The position numbers and the translations under genes were made by a program. From Acidobacteriaceae bacterium (GTDB lineage Bacteria; Acidobacteriota; Terriglobia; Terriglobales; Acidobacteriaceae): a DNA stretch of 64,000 bases. Shown one piece after another: positions 36,472-44,842 of this stretch (position 1 is its first letter; every line of letters starts with the position of its first letter). The stretch is taken from positions 9,686 through 73,685 of the forward strand of contig JBMFGX010000014.1 of the NCBI GenBank assembly GCA_049977105.1. Direction: 5' to 3'. The notes under the pieces are model-generated. The model saw nothing but the letters and a program-made list of their open reading frames with translations. It was not told where the DNA came from and did not search any database.

Positions 36472-37890
36472 ATGTCTCTGTCGGGTAGTGCACGGAGCGG
36501 GGGGGCGATCCCCCCCCTCCCCAGCAGAAAATCCCTCGCGAATCTGTTTTTCTCGAAGCGGCCGTTCTCGAAGAGGCTAATCTTAGAGACGCAAGAGCCT
36601 GTCAAGACACTCCCAACGTCTACGCCAGCCAACCGTTCCTCCCTTATCGGACCCGGTCGGGCTCAAATCCCGGCACAATCGTCCAGTCCGCCCCAGCGAG
36701 CCTTCCTTCCTTCCTCGCTCCTCTCTCGGCTCTCCCGATATCGACGCACCCTCGCCGCCCCCTTGCTCTCCGCAGGCTGTGTCCTGTTCCTGCTTGTTCT
36801 GCCGGCCACTCCGGCGCGTGCGCAGACCGACTGCCTGGCCTGTCACGGCGATGTGACCATGACGGACGCCGCCGGCCATAACGTCGGTGTGGATGCCACA
36901 AAGTTTCATGCTGGAATCCACGGCTCTCTGCACTGCACAGACTGCCACAGCGACATCAAAGGCTACCCGCATCCGGCCCAGCCCAGTAAAGTGGACTGCG
37001 GGACCTGCCACACGGCTGAAGCCGCTGATCTGGTCGGCAGCGTGCATCAACATGCCGGCGCGCAGCCCTGCCTCAGTTGCCACGGCAATCCCCACTACAT
37101 TCTGCCCAAAAGCAGTCCCCAATCTTCGGTCTATCCGCTCAACGTCCCGGCCACGTGTGGCAAGTGCCACGGCAACGCCCAGTTCGCCAAACAGCACCAT
37201 CTGACCAACGTCTATCCGGAGTATATCGACTCCATCCATGGGTTCGCTGTCAGCAAAGAGGGCCTGTTGGTGGCAGCAAATTGCGCCAGTTGTCACGGAT
37301 CGCATCACATCCTTAGCCCAACGGACCCACAGAGCCCCACCTACCGCGCCAACATCCCACAAACCTGCGGGAAATGTCACGCCGGCATTCTCACAAGATA
37401 CATGGCGGGCATCCACGGGCAGCAGTTGAAAGCTGGGAACCCGAATGCTCCCGTCTGCACAGACTGCCACACAGCCCATGGCATCGCGGCACCCAACAGC
37501 GCGCTCTCCACAGATGCCTGCGGCCGTTGCCACCAGGCCCAACTCACCACCTATCGCGATACCTTCCACTCCAAGGTCAGCCATCTTGGGGCCTACGTGG
37601 AGGTCGCACGCTGCTCGGACTGCCACGGCGAGCACAATATCCTTCCTCCTTCCGATCCACTCTCTACCGTCAACCCCAGGAATCTGATCAAGACCTGTGG
37701 CAAGTGCCATCAGGGCGCAAATGCCGGCTTCGTTCAATATCAACCGCACGCCAATGACAGGAGTTGGCGCCAGAGCCCGGTGCTCTTCTCCATTCACCTG
37801 TTCATGGTGATATTGCTAAGCAGCGTGCTCACCTTCTTCTTAATTCACAGCCTGTTGTGGCTGATACGCTCCTTGATCGACAGGGCGTAA
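36472..37890 (+). CDS. undecahaem c-type cytochrome with C-terminal membrane anchor
   Basis: 11 CxxCH motifs (CLACH, CTDCH, CGTCH, CLSCH, CGKCH, CASCH, CGKCH, CTDCH, CGRCH, CSDCH, CGKCH). A hydrophobic segment LAAPLLSAGCVLFLLVLPATPARAQ comes after ~95 N-terminal residues. C-terminal TM VLFSIHLFMVILLSSVLTFFLIHSLLWLI. Start is ambiguous: TTG 36448 or ATG 36472 (preceded by aagagg). Confidence 0.85.
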   Translation: MSLSGSARSGGAIPPLPSRKSLANLFFSKRPFSKRLILETQEPVKTLPTSTPANRSSLIGPGRAQIPAQSSSPPQRAFLPSSLLSRLSRYRRTLAAPLLSAGCVLFLLVLPATPARAQTDCLACHGDVTMTDAAGHNVGVDATKFHAGIHGSLHCTDCHSDIKGYPHPAQPSKVDCGTCHTAEAADLVGSVHQHAGAQPCLSCHGNPHYILPKSSPQSSVYPLNVPATCGKCHGNAQFAKQHHLTNVYPEYIDSIHGFAVSKEGLLVAANCASCHGSHHILSPTDPQSPTYRANIPQTCGKCHAGILTRYMAGIHGQQLKAGNPNAPVCTDCHTAHGIAAPNSALSTDACGRCHQAQLTTYRDTFHSKVSHLGAYVEVARCSDCHGEHNILPPSDPLSTVNPRNLIKTCGKCHQGANAGFVQYQPHANDRSWRQSPVLFSIHLFMVILLSSVLTFFLIHSLLWLIRSLIDRA

Positions 37891-37916
37891 GACTCGTCAG
37901 CGAAAGGAGCCAGATT

Positions 37917-38906
37917 ATGCCAGACCAAGCCATGCCAAAACCTGTAACGCCAGCGCAGTCGCAGCATCAGGTAACCGGGGACGGTCCCTCCGGTCGCCCC
38001 GGCGCGGGCCAAACCCAACCTGCCGCCCAGCCGACCCCAGCCCAGCAAACTACGGCGCAGCAAGCCACTGCCGGCCCAGCCAAACAGCCGGAAGAGCGGT
38101 ACTTCCAGCGCTTTACGGTCAAGCAGCGGTGGTCCCACGCCATCATGCTCACCACGTTTCTGGGGCTGGCCGCAACCGGTCTCAGCATCCTCTTCAGCAG
38201 CAATGCCTGGGCCCAGCGATTCGCGGCTCTGGTGGGCGGCTTTGACGCCATCCTCTTCCTGCACAAACTCTGTGCCGTCACCCTCACCGCAGTATTTCTT
38301 TATCACGTGTACGACCTTATGGTGCGGATCTTCATCAAAAAAGAGAAGGGTATCCTTTGGGGGCCAACCTCCATGGTGCCCAATCTCAAGGATCTCAAAC
38401 ATATGATCGGTAACTTCCGCTGGTTCCTGGGATTGGGACCCAAGCCAACCGCCGAGCGCTATGCCTACTGGGAGAAGTTTGACTACTGGGCCGTGTTCTG
38501 GGGGATGGTCATCATCGGCTCTTCAGGCTACGTCATGTGGTTCGGTCCCTTCTTCGGCAGGTTCCTGCCCGGCTGGGCGTTGAACGCCGTCCAGATCGTA
38601 CATGGTGAAGAGGCACTGCTCGCCATTACCTTTATCTTCTCCATCCACTTCTTCAACTCTCACGGGCGGCCAGACTGCTTCCCGATGGATACGACGATAT
38701 TTACCGGCGTTGCCTCCGAGGAGGAGTTCAAGCAACGGCATCTGGACGAGTACCAGCGTCTGGCAGCCGAGGGCAAGCTGGAGGAAAAGCTTACGGTCAA
38801 ACCACAACCGGGGTTTGTCACCTTTGCGAAGGTGATGGGTTTCACCGCTGTCTTCATCGGTCTCGTGTTATTCGTCTTAACAGTGCGTGCCTACTTCCGG
38901 ATTTAG
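37917..38906 (+). CDS. membrane b-type cytochrome-like subunit (FdnI/HydC/PhsC-like)
   Basis: aaaggag RBS, with the start 27 nt after the undecahaem stop. About five TM helices with conserved His (WSHAIML, LFLHKL, FLYHVY, IVHGEEALL..FSIHFFNSH). Gln/Ala/Pro-rich N-terminus. Start moved to 37917. Confidence 0.7.
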   Translation: MPDQAMPKPVTPAQSQHQVTGDGPSGRPGAGQTQPAAQPTPAQQTTAQQATAGPAKQPEERYFQRFTVKQRWSHAIMLTTFLGLAATGLSILFSSNAWAQRFAALVGGFDAILFLHKLCAVTLTAVFLYHVYDLMVRIFIKKEKGILWGPTSMVPNLKDLKHMIGNFRWFLGLGPKPTAERYAYWEKFDYWAVFWGMVIIGSSGYVMWFGPFFGRFLPGWALNAVQIVHGEEALLAITFIFSIHFFNSHGRPDCFPMDTTIFTGVASEEEFKQRHLDEYQRLAAEGKLEEKLTVKPQPGFVTFAKVMGFTAVFIGLVLFVLTVRAYFRI

Positions 38907-38983
38907 GCATGAGCCCCATTGCTTGGCTTCGTCCCACTCCTTGAGTTCGCTGAGGCGCAAAATTCAATTACGAGGAGTTCCTA

Positions 38984-40420
38984 GTGCCCATCATCGATCA
39001 CATCGTGAAACATTGGCTTAGACCTTTCTTTTTTCTGGGAAGGAACAAGCTCAGTCTAGTCGGCGGGGCGATTGCTTCCGCATCCGCCTTCGTTCTGATC
39101 GGTTTCTGGATGGTGAGCATCTTTGGGCACGGCGGCTCATCCAACCCCTACCTCGGCCTCATCCTCTTCTTCGTTTTGCCGACGTTCTTCATCCTGGGCC
39201 TCATTGTGATCCCCATCGGGATCATGCGGCAGCGGCGCAAGTTGCTCGCCAAGGGCGAGCTTCCCTCGCTCTATCCAGACGTCGACTTCAACGAGCCGAT
39301 GTTTCGTCACGCCCTCAACTTTGTCGTTGTCGCCACCGTCATCAACTTTACAATCGTCGGCGTTGCCAGCTATCGCGGCGTCGCCTACATGGATTCGCCC
39401 AACTTCTGCGGCACGGCTTGCCATGTTGCCATGCAGCCCCAGTGGGACGCCTACCAGGCTGGTCCCCACTCTCATGTGCAATGCGTGGAGTGCCACGTGG
39501 GCAGTGGGTTTGACAACTATGTTCACGCCAAGATGGAAGGAACCAAGCAGCTCGTCGAGGTCACCTTTGACACCTACCCGCGCCCCATCCTGGCGCCGCT
39601 CGATGTGCTTCGCCCCGCCCGCGCAACCTGCGAAAAATGTCACAACCCCAGACGCTTCCTCGGTGACCGCCTGCTGGTCCTGACGGAATTCGCCAGCGAT
39701 GCGCAGAACTCCATGACCAAGACCGTTCTGGTGCTTCATCTCGGCGGCGTGGACTCTCTGGACCAGTTCAGTGGAATCCATGGTCACCATCTCAATCACA
39801 TTGAGTATGTTGCCACCGACGACATGGACCAGAACATCGTCTCCGTTTCTACCCCCGGACCCAACGGCCAGACCATCGAGTATCGATCGGACTGGAAGGG
39901 CCCCGTCAAAGGCGTCCGTCGCGTGATGGATTGCATGGACTGCCACAACATGGCGGCGCACAGTTATTCCACTCCAGGGGAGGCGATCGACGCAGTGATG
40001 GCCGATGGTACTCCCTCACCCTCTCTCCCCTATGTGCGTAAGGAGGGCATGGAACTTATCCAGGGTAAGTACGCTTCGCAGGCGGCGGCCGCCGTCGCCA
40101 TCAGGAACGGTCTTGAGGAGTTCTATCGCTCCCAGTACCCAGCCATCTTTAGCAGCCGGCACGATCAGATCGAGGCAGCAGCCCAGGAACTCATCGTCAT
40201 CTATGACCGGAACGTCTTCCCGGACATGCACGTAACCTGGGGAACCTACCCGAACAACATCGGGCACATTGACTTCCCCGGCTGCTTCCGCTGCCATGAC
40301 GGCAATCACACCACCAAGGACGGCAGCAAGACTATCACCAACGACTGTTCTGCCTGCCACAACCTTCTCGACGTCAGCGATCCCAATCCCAAGATCCTGA
40401 GCGAGGTCGGCTTCCAATAG
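38984..40420 (+). CDS. 3-TM NapC/NirT-like multihaem quinol dehydrogenase candidate (ImcH-like architecture)
   Basis: Three N-terminal TM helices, then a NapC/NirT-like block SPNFCGTACHVAM...HSHVQCVECHVG...K..GTKQL...CEKCHNPRRF. Further motifs CMDCH, CFRCH and CSACH. Total is five CxxCH plus one CX3CH (CGTACH). Confidence 0.8.
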   Translation: MPIIDHIVKHWLRPFFFLGRNKLSLVGGAIASASAFVLIGFWMVSIFGHGGSSNPYLGLILFFVLPTFFILGLIVIPIGIMRQRRKLLAKGELPSLYPDVDFNEPMFRHALNFVVVATVINFTIVGVASYRGVAYMDSPNFCGTACHVAMQPQWDAYQAGPHSHVQCVECHVGSGFDNYVHAKMEGTKQLVEVTFDTYPRPILAPLDVLRPARATCEKCHNPRRFLGDRLLVLTEFASDAQNSMTKTVLVLHLGGVDSLDQFSGIHGHHLNHIEYVATDDMDQNIVSVSTPGPNGQTIEYRSDWKGPVKGVRRVMDCMDCHNMAAHSYSTPGEAIDAVMADGTPSPSLPYVRKEGMELIQGKYASQAAAAVAIRNGLEEFYRSQYPAIFSSRHDQIEAAAQELIVIYDRNVFPDMHVTWGTYPNNIGHIDFPGCFRCHDGNHTTKDGSKTITNDCSACHNLLDVSDPNPKILSEVGFQ

Positions 40421-40444
40421 CATCCAACAACATCCACAAGCAAT

Positions 40445-40475
40445 GCGGCATCCTGAACCTCGGGATGCCGCTTTT
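40445..40475 (+). terminator. rho-independent terminator of the + strand cytochrome operon
   Basis: 9-bp stem gcggcatcc/ggatgccgc followed by TTTT, 25 nt after the stop at 40420. Confidence 0.75.
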
Positions 40476-41173
40476 GCGATTGCATCCTTCAAACCCTCGT
40501 CCTGGGGCCTTTTCCTTGTATGCCGTCCCGGTAGTATCGGTAGCGTCAAGAGTTTTGCGCGGTCGTGTCCGTGTGGTGTCCTGGCAGCGTCCAGAGCTCT
40601 AGGCACCTTTGACCTCCCGTCTTACTCAGGGTTATTGTGTCTGGGTCGTTTGCCTGCTTGCCCCCCATGCGGCCTGGCAGCAAGGCAATCACGCATTAGC
40701 CGCCACTTCAGCCAGCCAATTTATCTGTAATAGCGATGACGCGCACTGGCAGCGACGAGGGCGCAGCGGCAAGGGCTCCAGAAAGCCGACTGATCGTCGG
40801 GAAAGGCGCTCACTACCTCAGTTCTTGTCGCCGAACCTCCCGTATCAGCCGCTCCCGGTGATCGTTGGCCCTCCGGCAGCGACAGTGCTCCGCGGACACG
40901 GAGCGCAACTCAGCGTCCCATGGCCACCATGCTCCACGATCTCATCCTGCTCGCCGCCAGGCGAGCCTCTTGCCCGCGCGCTGCCGACAGGCAGGCGCGG
41001 CACGCGTCGTATTGATTCCGATGCGGGCCAAAGACGCGATCTACGCCCGAAGCGCTCCGCGATAGGAAAGGAAGGGTTCCAGAAGGGAAGTACTGAGACG
41101 GGGAGCCTGTTCCGCTCCTTGCCATGGGCGGCAAGCGGATCAACGCTTGCTTGAGCGATTACTTGGTCTGGCG

Positions 41174-41208
41174 GATTGTGGAGCTGGCCGCAGGGCAGCT
41201 CCACAATC
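41174..41208. repeat. 13-bp perfect inverted repeat (gattgtggagctg / cagctccacaatc)
   Basis: Read directly from the sequence, with a 9-nt spacer. It lies in the unassigned ~1-kb gap between the convergent cytochrome genes. No flanking T-tract on either strand. Confidence 0.7.
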
Positions 41209-41431
41209 GAACGCTTCAGTGCCCAGAATCTGCCCGGTACCTATGTCAAACTCTGCCGTCGCCACCGTTGGTGAGCTCGGTGCAGCTCAAGTTTCCGCTT
41301 CACCGCTCTCCGACTTTTCTGCCTCAATGCGCTCTGACTCAGGCCACGCATCTGCAACCGGACTCCGAGCCAGAGATCGCCGTCGCTGTGAATCAGAACC
41401 CTGGACTATAGGCGCCTTCGTCCATGCTCCT

Positions 41432-44400
41432 CTACCATGTGCGCCCAATGTACACATCGAACGTCCGAAGCACGCCATTCAGGTTCGGGTTCCAGTGGTC
41501 CCTATAGCTTCCGTAGTACAGGACGAACCCTCCCTCGAATTTGTAGGGCAGATGATAGTAAGCCTTGCCCTGACCAAGCCACTGTGGGACCTGCACTGCT
41601 GAAACCTGGGTCGAACCAAGCTGGATATTGTCCAGTGCCTGCTGGAACATGCTGGGATCAAACAAACCTTGCTGAATCAGCGATGCATTGCCCATGCCGG
41701 CGGGATCATTGGGATTCAGATTGGGCCGGAAGCTGCTGCTTGACGCATTGTGAGTAAGCCTTAAATCAAGGCCCATCCGCTGCTTGAGCGTATAGGTGGA
41801 ATCGCCCCAATAGACCTGGCTGAGCTGCTTGTAGGGTACGTTCGGTTCATCGAGAATATAGTTGACCGAGCTATCGTTCTGGAACGCCATGTAACTGGTC
41901 AGGTTGTCCTGTTGGTAAGAGTATCCAGCGGCAACATCCCACGCCCGCGCCGCCTGGAAGGAGACGTTGGCCGCCTCGGTATAGAAGCGGTCTCGCCGCT
42001 GAAAGACCGGGGGAAGTCCGGAGATATCCTGTCCAAACCCCTGATACGTCGGATTAGGAGTATCTGGAAGCGGATCGGCCGGGAAACTGTTCTGCACCAG
42101 GATACTGGTGTTGTTCACGAAGGTCAGCCGCGGCGTGGGGGTGAACCAGAGATTGGCAAAGGTTCGATTCTGGTCCTCAGGAACAATCAGAAATCCTGGT
42201 TGTTGCGTCTTTGTCCATACGTCGCCGGCCACCACATTCAGCAGATGATTGCGATAACCCAGATCCAAAGACCCTCGATTGCTGGTGGAAGACGGAATGA
42301 CATACTGCAGATCCGTGTTATCCATGGAGTAAATCTGCGGCCACAGGAACGAATTGGACCGCGTAATTCCACTTCGCCGGTAGGACGCATCGGCAAACAA
42401 TCCGGCCGGCAGTTCGGCCTCAATCTTCAGCCCCTCCCAATGCCTGTGGAATGAAACGTTCCCGTACAAGCTGTAGTATGGCGTAAAGTCGTTGATCAGG
42501 TTCTGCTGATGGTAATCGGCGATCAGATGGATCCGCTTCATGGCCAGCCAGTTTAGCGTCTCGTCGGAATCGAACCAGTTTTGCGGATTCTTCGTGTAGG
42601 TGTTCACCAGGCGGGTATAACTCACGTGCCCGTCAAAGCTGAACACGTCCGATGGTGTCACAGTGAGGTTTACCGTGTCTGCGACAGTCCGGTCAGGAGA
42701 CGGGATATCGAGATAGTAGTTCCCTGCAGGGAAATCGGTCGGGGCAGGCCCGGATGGGGGGGGATTTATCGGCGAGAAGCCCTCGTTCTCCGGTGTAGAC
42801 GGACCTTCATACGTGGCTGTGGGGAAGATCAGACGATCATTGAAGCTGCTGATCTCGTGTTGGTAGGTAAGTTGTAGCAGGTTCTGCAAATGGTAAGTGA
42901 AGCCTCCACCGAAGTTCCGAGTGGTGTAGTTGACCGGTTGGAATTTGGATACCTGATGGCACAAGTCGCCGCAGGTGGTATTCACTCCGTCTACGTACAC
43001 CGCCGGCGTCGCATTTTCGTCCAGGTAGGTGAGTTGCGTATTCCCCACCCTGGCCTGCATATTTCCGTTCGCAAACAGAAGAACAGGCAACTTCGGTAAC
43101 TGGACCTGCACAGAGCCGTTGCCCAATCTTCTGGTAACCCCAAAGGTGGCGTTAGGCGGAATCAGATCGATAACGGCGCCTGGAAGGCCAAAATCCGCCG
43201 GGGAGAGTTGCGCAAGGTACGATTTGTAATGATCCTGCTCTTGCACCAGACTGCGCAGGTCCAGCCCGGCCTTCATCCATTTGGCAATGGTCAGTTGCGT
43301 CTGCATCGAGTAGTCGACCCCGGTCAGCACCCTGCTCCGTGATACCAGCGTCAGATGGTTCTTGGGCGAGACATAGGATGTCATGCTGACGCTTCCAGCC
43401 GACTGTTGCAAACTGTCATACTCTCCTACACGGCTCAGAAATCCTGTACCGTCAAGAAACCGATAGGAGCCGGAAGTGATGGAGGATGTTGCTAACGGGA
43501 TGCCACCTCCCGCTGTCACCTCAGCCGCGCCGGCACCCGGATTCCCAGCGCTCGGATTCCCAACGCCGGGATTCCCGGCGCCCAGCCCGCGCTGCAGGGT
43601 GCGCGCATGGAGATTGGTCACCAATCCCATCAGGCCGCCTGCGGTAGCAATCGTGGCTGCTGCCGCGTCTGGAGTCGCATTGGAAAAGGCCTCACGTCCC
43701 GCGGGGCCAGGCCCTGAGGCGTCATAGGGCAAGCCGAGCGGTCCCTTGTCAATGAATCTGCTCCCACCGCTCAGCGTGGCTACATCCGTGCCATGAATCG
43801 AGTCGTGACAATTTGTGCAACGATCATCCAACGGCAGATTGGCGCCATTATGGTGACCCGCGTGGCACTGCAAACACAGTGCCGGTTCGCTCAGCGTCAA
43901 CAGATTTGTATTCGGTGAGCCATGCGGCAAATGGCAGTTCAGGCATGATTCCGTCACCGAAGGATGCTGATAGGCAAACGGCCCGCGATACTGCGCGTGG
44001 CAGGTCAAGCAGAGTTCGTTCACGTTGGCTGTCTTCAGGTTATTTCCCGCGTTTCCGCCATGCGCATCGTGGCAGTCCATGCAACTCATCTTGCCCTCGC
44101 CCAGGGGATGGTGGTACGGCATGCTGAGCTGCGCCCTCTCCGCCTCATGGCATCTCAGGCAGGCTGCGTTCGTCACGGAGCGCGCTTCCACCAAGGCGTT
44201 GGTCTCTGGCGAGATCGAGGAAACTTGCTGAGCTCCACGCGTGGTGGTATCGAACCGCACCATATGGCTCTGGGCCGTACTCGCACCGCCGGGATGGATC
44301 TCATGGCAATCGATGCAGCGAACCCCGCTTGCAGCATGAGCCCCGCTCTCCCAGTGTCTGGTGCTTTTGTCCTGGGCATGGCAGGTCAGACAGACACCGT

Positions 44401-44722
44401 TCGCGTTCGCCGAGGTACTCTTCTCGAATCGAAAGATCTTGGAAGTGTCTCCTCCGCCGGCTACGTGAAGACTTCCGTTACCATGGCAACTTTCACACTT
44501 CACTCCTTGCTGAGCGTGATAGGCATGCTGGAAATTCCTGGCGATATCCGCATGGCACGCGGCGCAGGTTTCAGATCCGACGGGTTTTGCCCCTGGAATC
44601 CTTAGAAACTCTGCAAAGGACGCGATACTCTGGGTGGATTGCTTGGCCGCGGACGGAGAGATGCAAACAAACATTGCAAGTCCCGTTACCACCAGAATCG
44701 ATAGGAAAGATGAGCGCCGCAT
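41432..44722 (-). CDS. fusion protein: MtrA/DmsE-type decahaem cytochrome c + Gly/Asn/Pro linker + predicted outer-membrane beta-barrel (MtrB/PioB-sized)
   Basis: One uninterrupted 1096-codon ORF. GGAG RBS, then a signal peptide. Ten CxxCH within aa ~53-306, colinear with S. oneidensis MtrA as I recall it (CLTCHAQYRGPFAYQHPSVTESCLNCHLPHGSPNTNLL..PALCLQCHA...CTNCHDSIHG versus [47 protein letters not shown]...CLNCHSQVHG). aa ~416-1096 have no long hydrophobic helices, are rich in Y/N/T/S/G/Q with alternating patterns, and end ...FDVYIGRTW. Confidence 0.85.
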   Translation of the reverse strand: MRRSSFLSILVVTGLAMFVCISPSAAKQSTQSIASFAEFLRIPGAKPVGSETCAACHADIARNFQHAYHAQQGVKCESCHGNGSLHVAGGGDTSKIFRFEKSTSANANGVCLTCHAQDKSTRHWESGAHAASGVRCIDCHEIHPGGASTAQSHMVRFDTTTRGAQQVSSISPETNALVEARSVTNAACLRCHEAERAQLSMPYHHPLGEGKMSCMDCHDAHGGNAGNNLKTANVNELCLTCHAQYRGPFAYQHPSVTESCLNCHLPHGSPNTNLLTLSEPALCLQCHAGHHNGANLPLDDRCTNCHDSIHGTDVATLSGGSRFIDKGPLGLPYDASGPGPAGREAFSNATPDAAAATIATAGGLMGLVTNLHARTLQRGLGAGNPGVGNPSAGNPGAGAAEVTAGGGIPLATSSITSGSYRFLDGTGFLSRVGEYDSLQQSAGSVSMTSYVSPKNHLTLVSRSRVLTGVDYSMQTQLTIAKWMKAGLDLRSLVQEQDHYKSYLAQLSPADFGLPGAVIDLIPPNATFGVTRRLGNGSVQVQLPKLPVLLFANGNMQARVGNTQLTYLDENATPAVYVDGVNTTCGDLCHQVSKFQPVNYTTRNFGGGFTYHLQNLLQLTYQHEISSFNDRLIFPTATYEGPSTPENEGFSPINPPPSGPAPTDFPAGNYYLDIPSPDRTVADTVNLTVTPSDVFSFDGHVSYTRLVNTYTKNPQNWFDSDETLNWLAMKRIHLIADYHQQNLINDFTPYYSLYGNVSFHRHWEGLKIEAELPAGLFADASYRRSGITRSNSFLWPQIYSMDNTDLQYVIPSSTSNRGSLDLGYRNHLLNVVAGDVWTKTQQPGFLIVPEDQNRTFANLWFTPTPRLTFVNNTSILVQNSFPADPLPDTPNPTYQGFGQDISGLPPVFQRRDRFYTEAANVSFQAARAWDVAAGYSYQQDNLTSYMAFQNDSSVNYILDEPNVPYKQLSQVYWGDSTYTLKQRMGLDLRLTHNASSSSFRPNLNPNDPAGMGNASLIQQGLFDPSMFQQALDNIQLGSTQVSAVQVPQWLGQGKAYYHLPYKFEGGFVLYYGSYRDHWNPNLNGVLRTFDVYIGRTW
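41435..43477 (-). other. predicted beta-barrel (porin-like) domain of the fusion ORF
   Basis: About 680 aa with beta-rich composition and a C-terminal aromatic residue. The size is comparable to MtrB/PioB porins. The assignment rests on composition and context only. Confidence 0.55.
43539..43583 (-). repeat. 15-bp tandem repeat x3 encoding the (G-x-G-N-P) linker
   Basis: The + strand core ggattccc recurs at 43539, 43554 and 43569. It encodes GAGNPGVGNPSAGNPGAG between the cytochrome and barrel domains. Confidence 0.8.
43778..44575 (-). other. decahaem (MtrA/DmsE-like) domain of the fusion ORF
   Basis: aa ~50-315 carry all ten canonical CxxCH motifs. Confidence 0.85.
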
Positions 44723-44842
44723 AATCGTTCTCCTGCAAAAGCCATTTGGAAACGCGAATCGCCGGAACGCTTTGTGTTTTCCACGAGCGAATCCCTATTT
44801 GCTGCGTTACGCAAGAGTATGTTCTCGCCCAAGCAGGAAGTC

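Noticed and set aside
36583-37797. 404-aa ORF on the minus strand
   Set aside because: It is antisense to the undecahaem cytochrome gene and has no motifs. The 11 CxxCH motifs on the + strand settle the coding strand.
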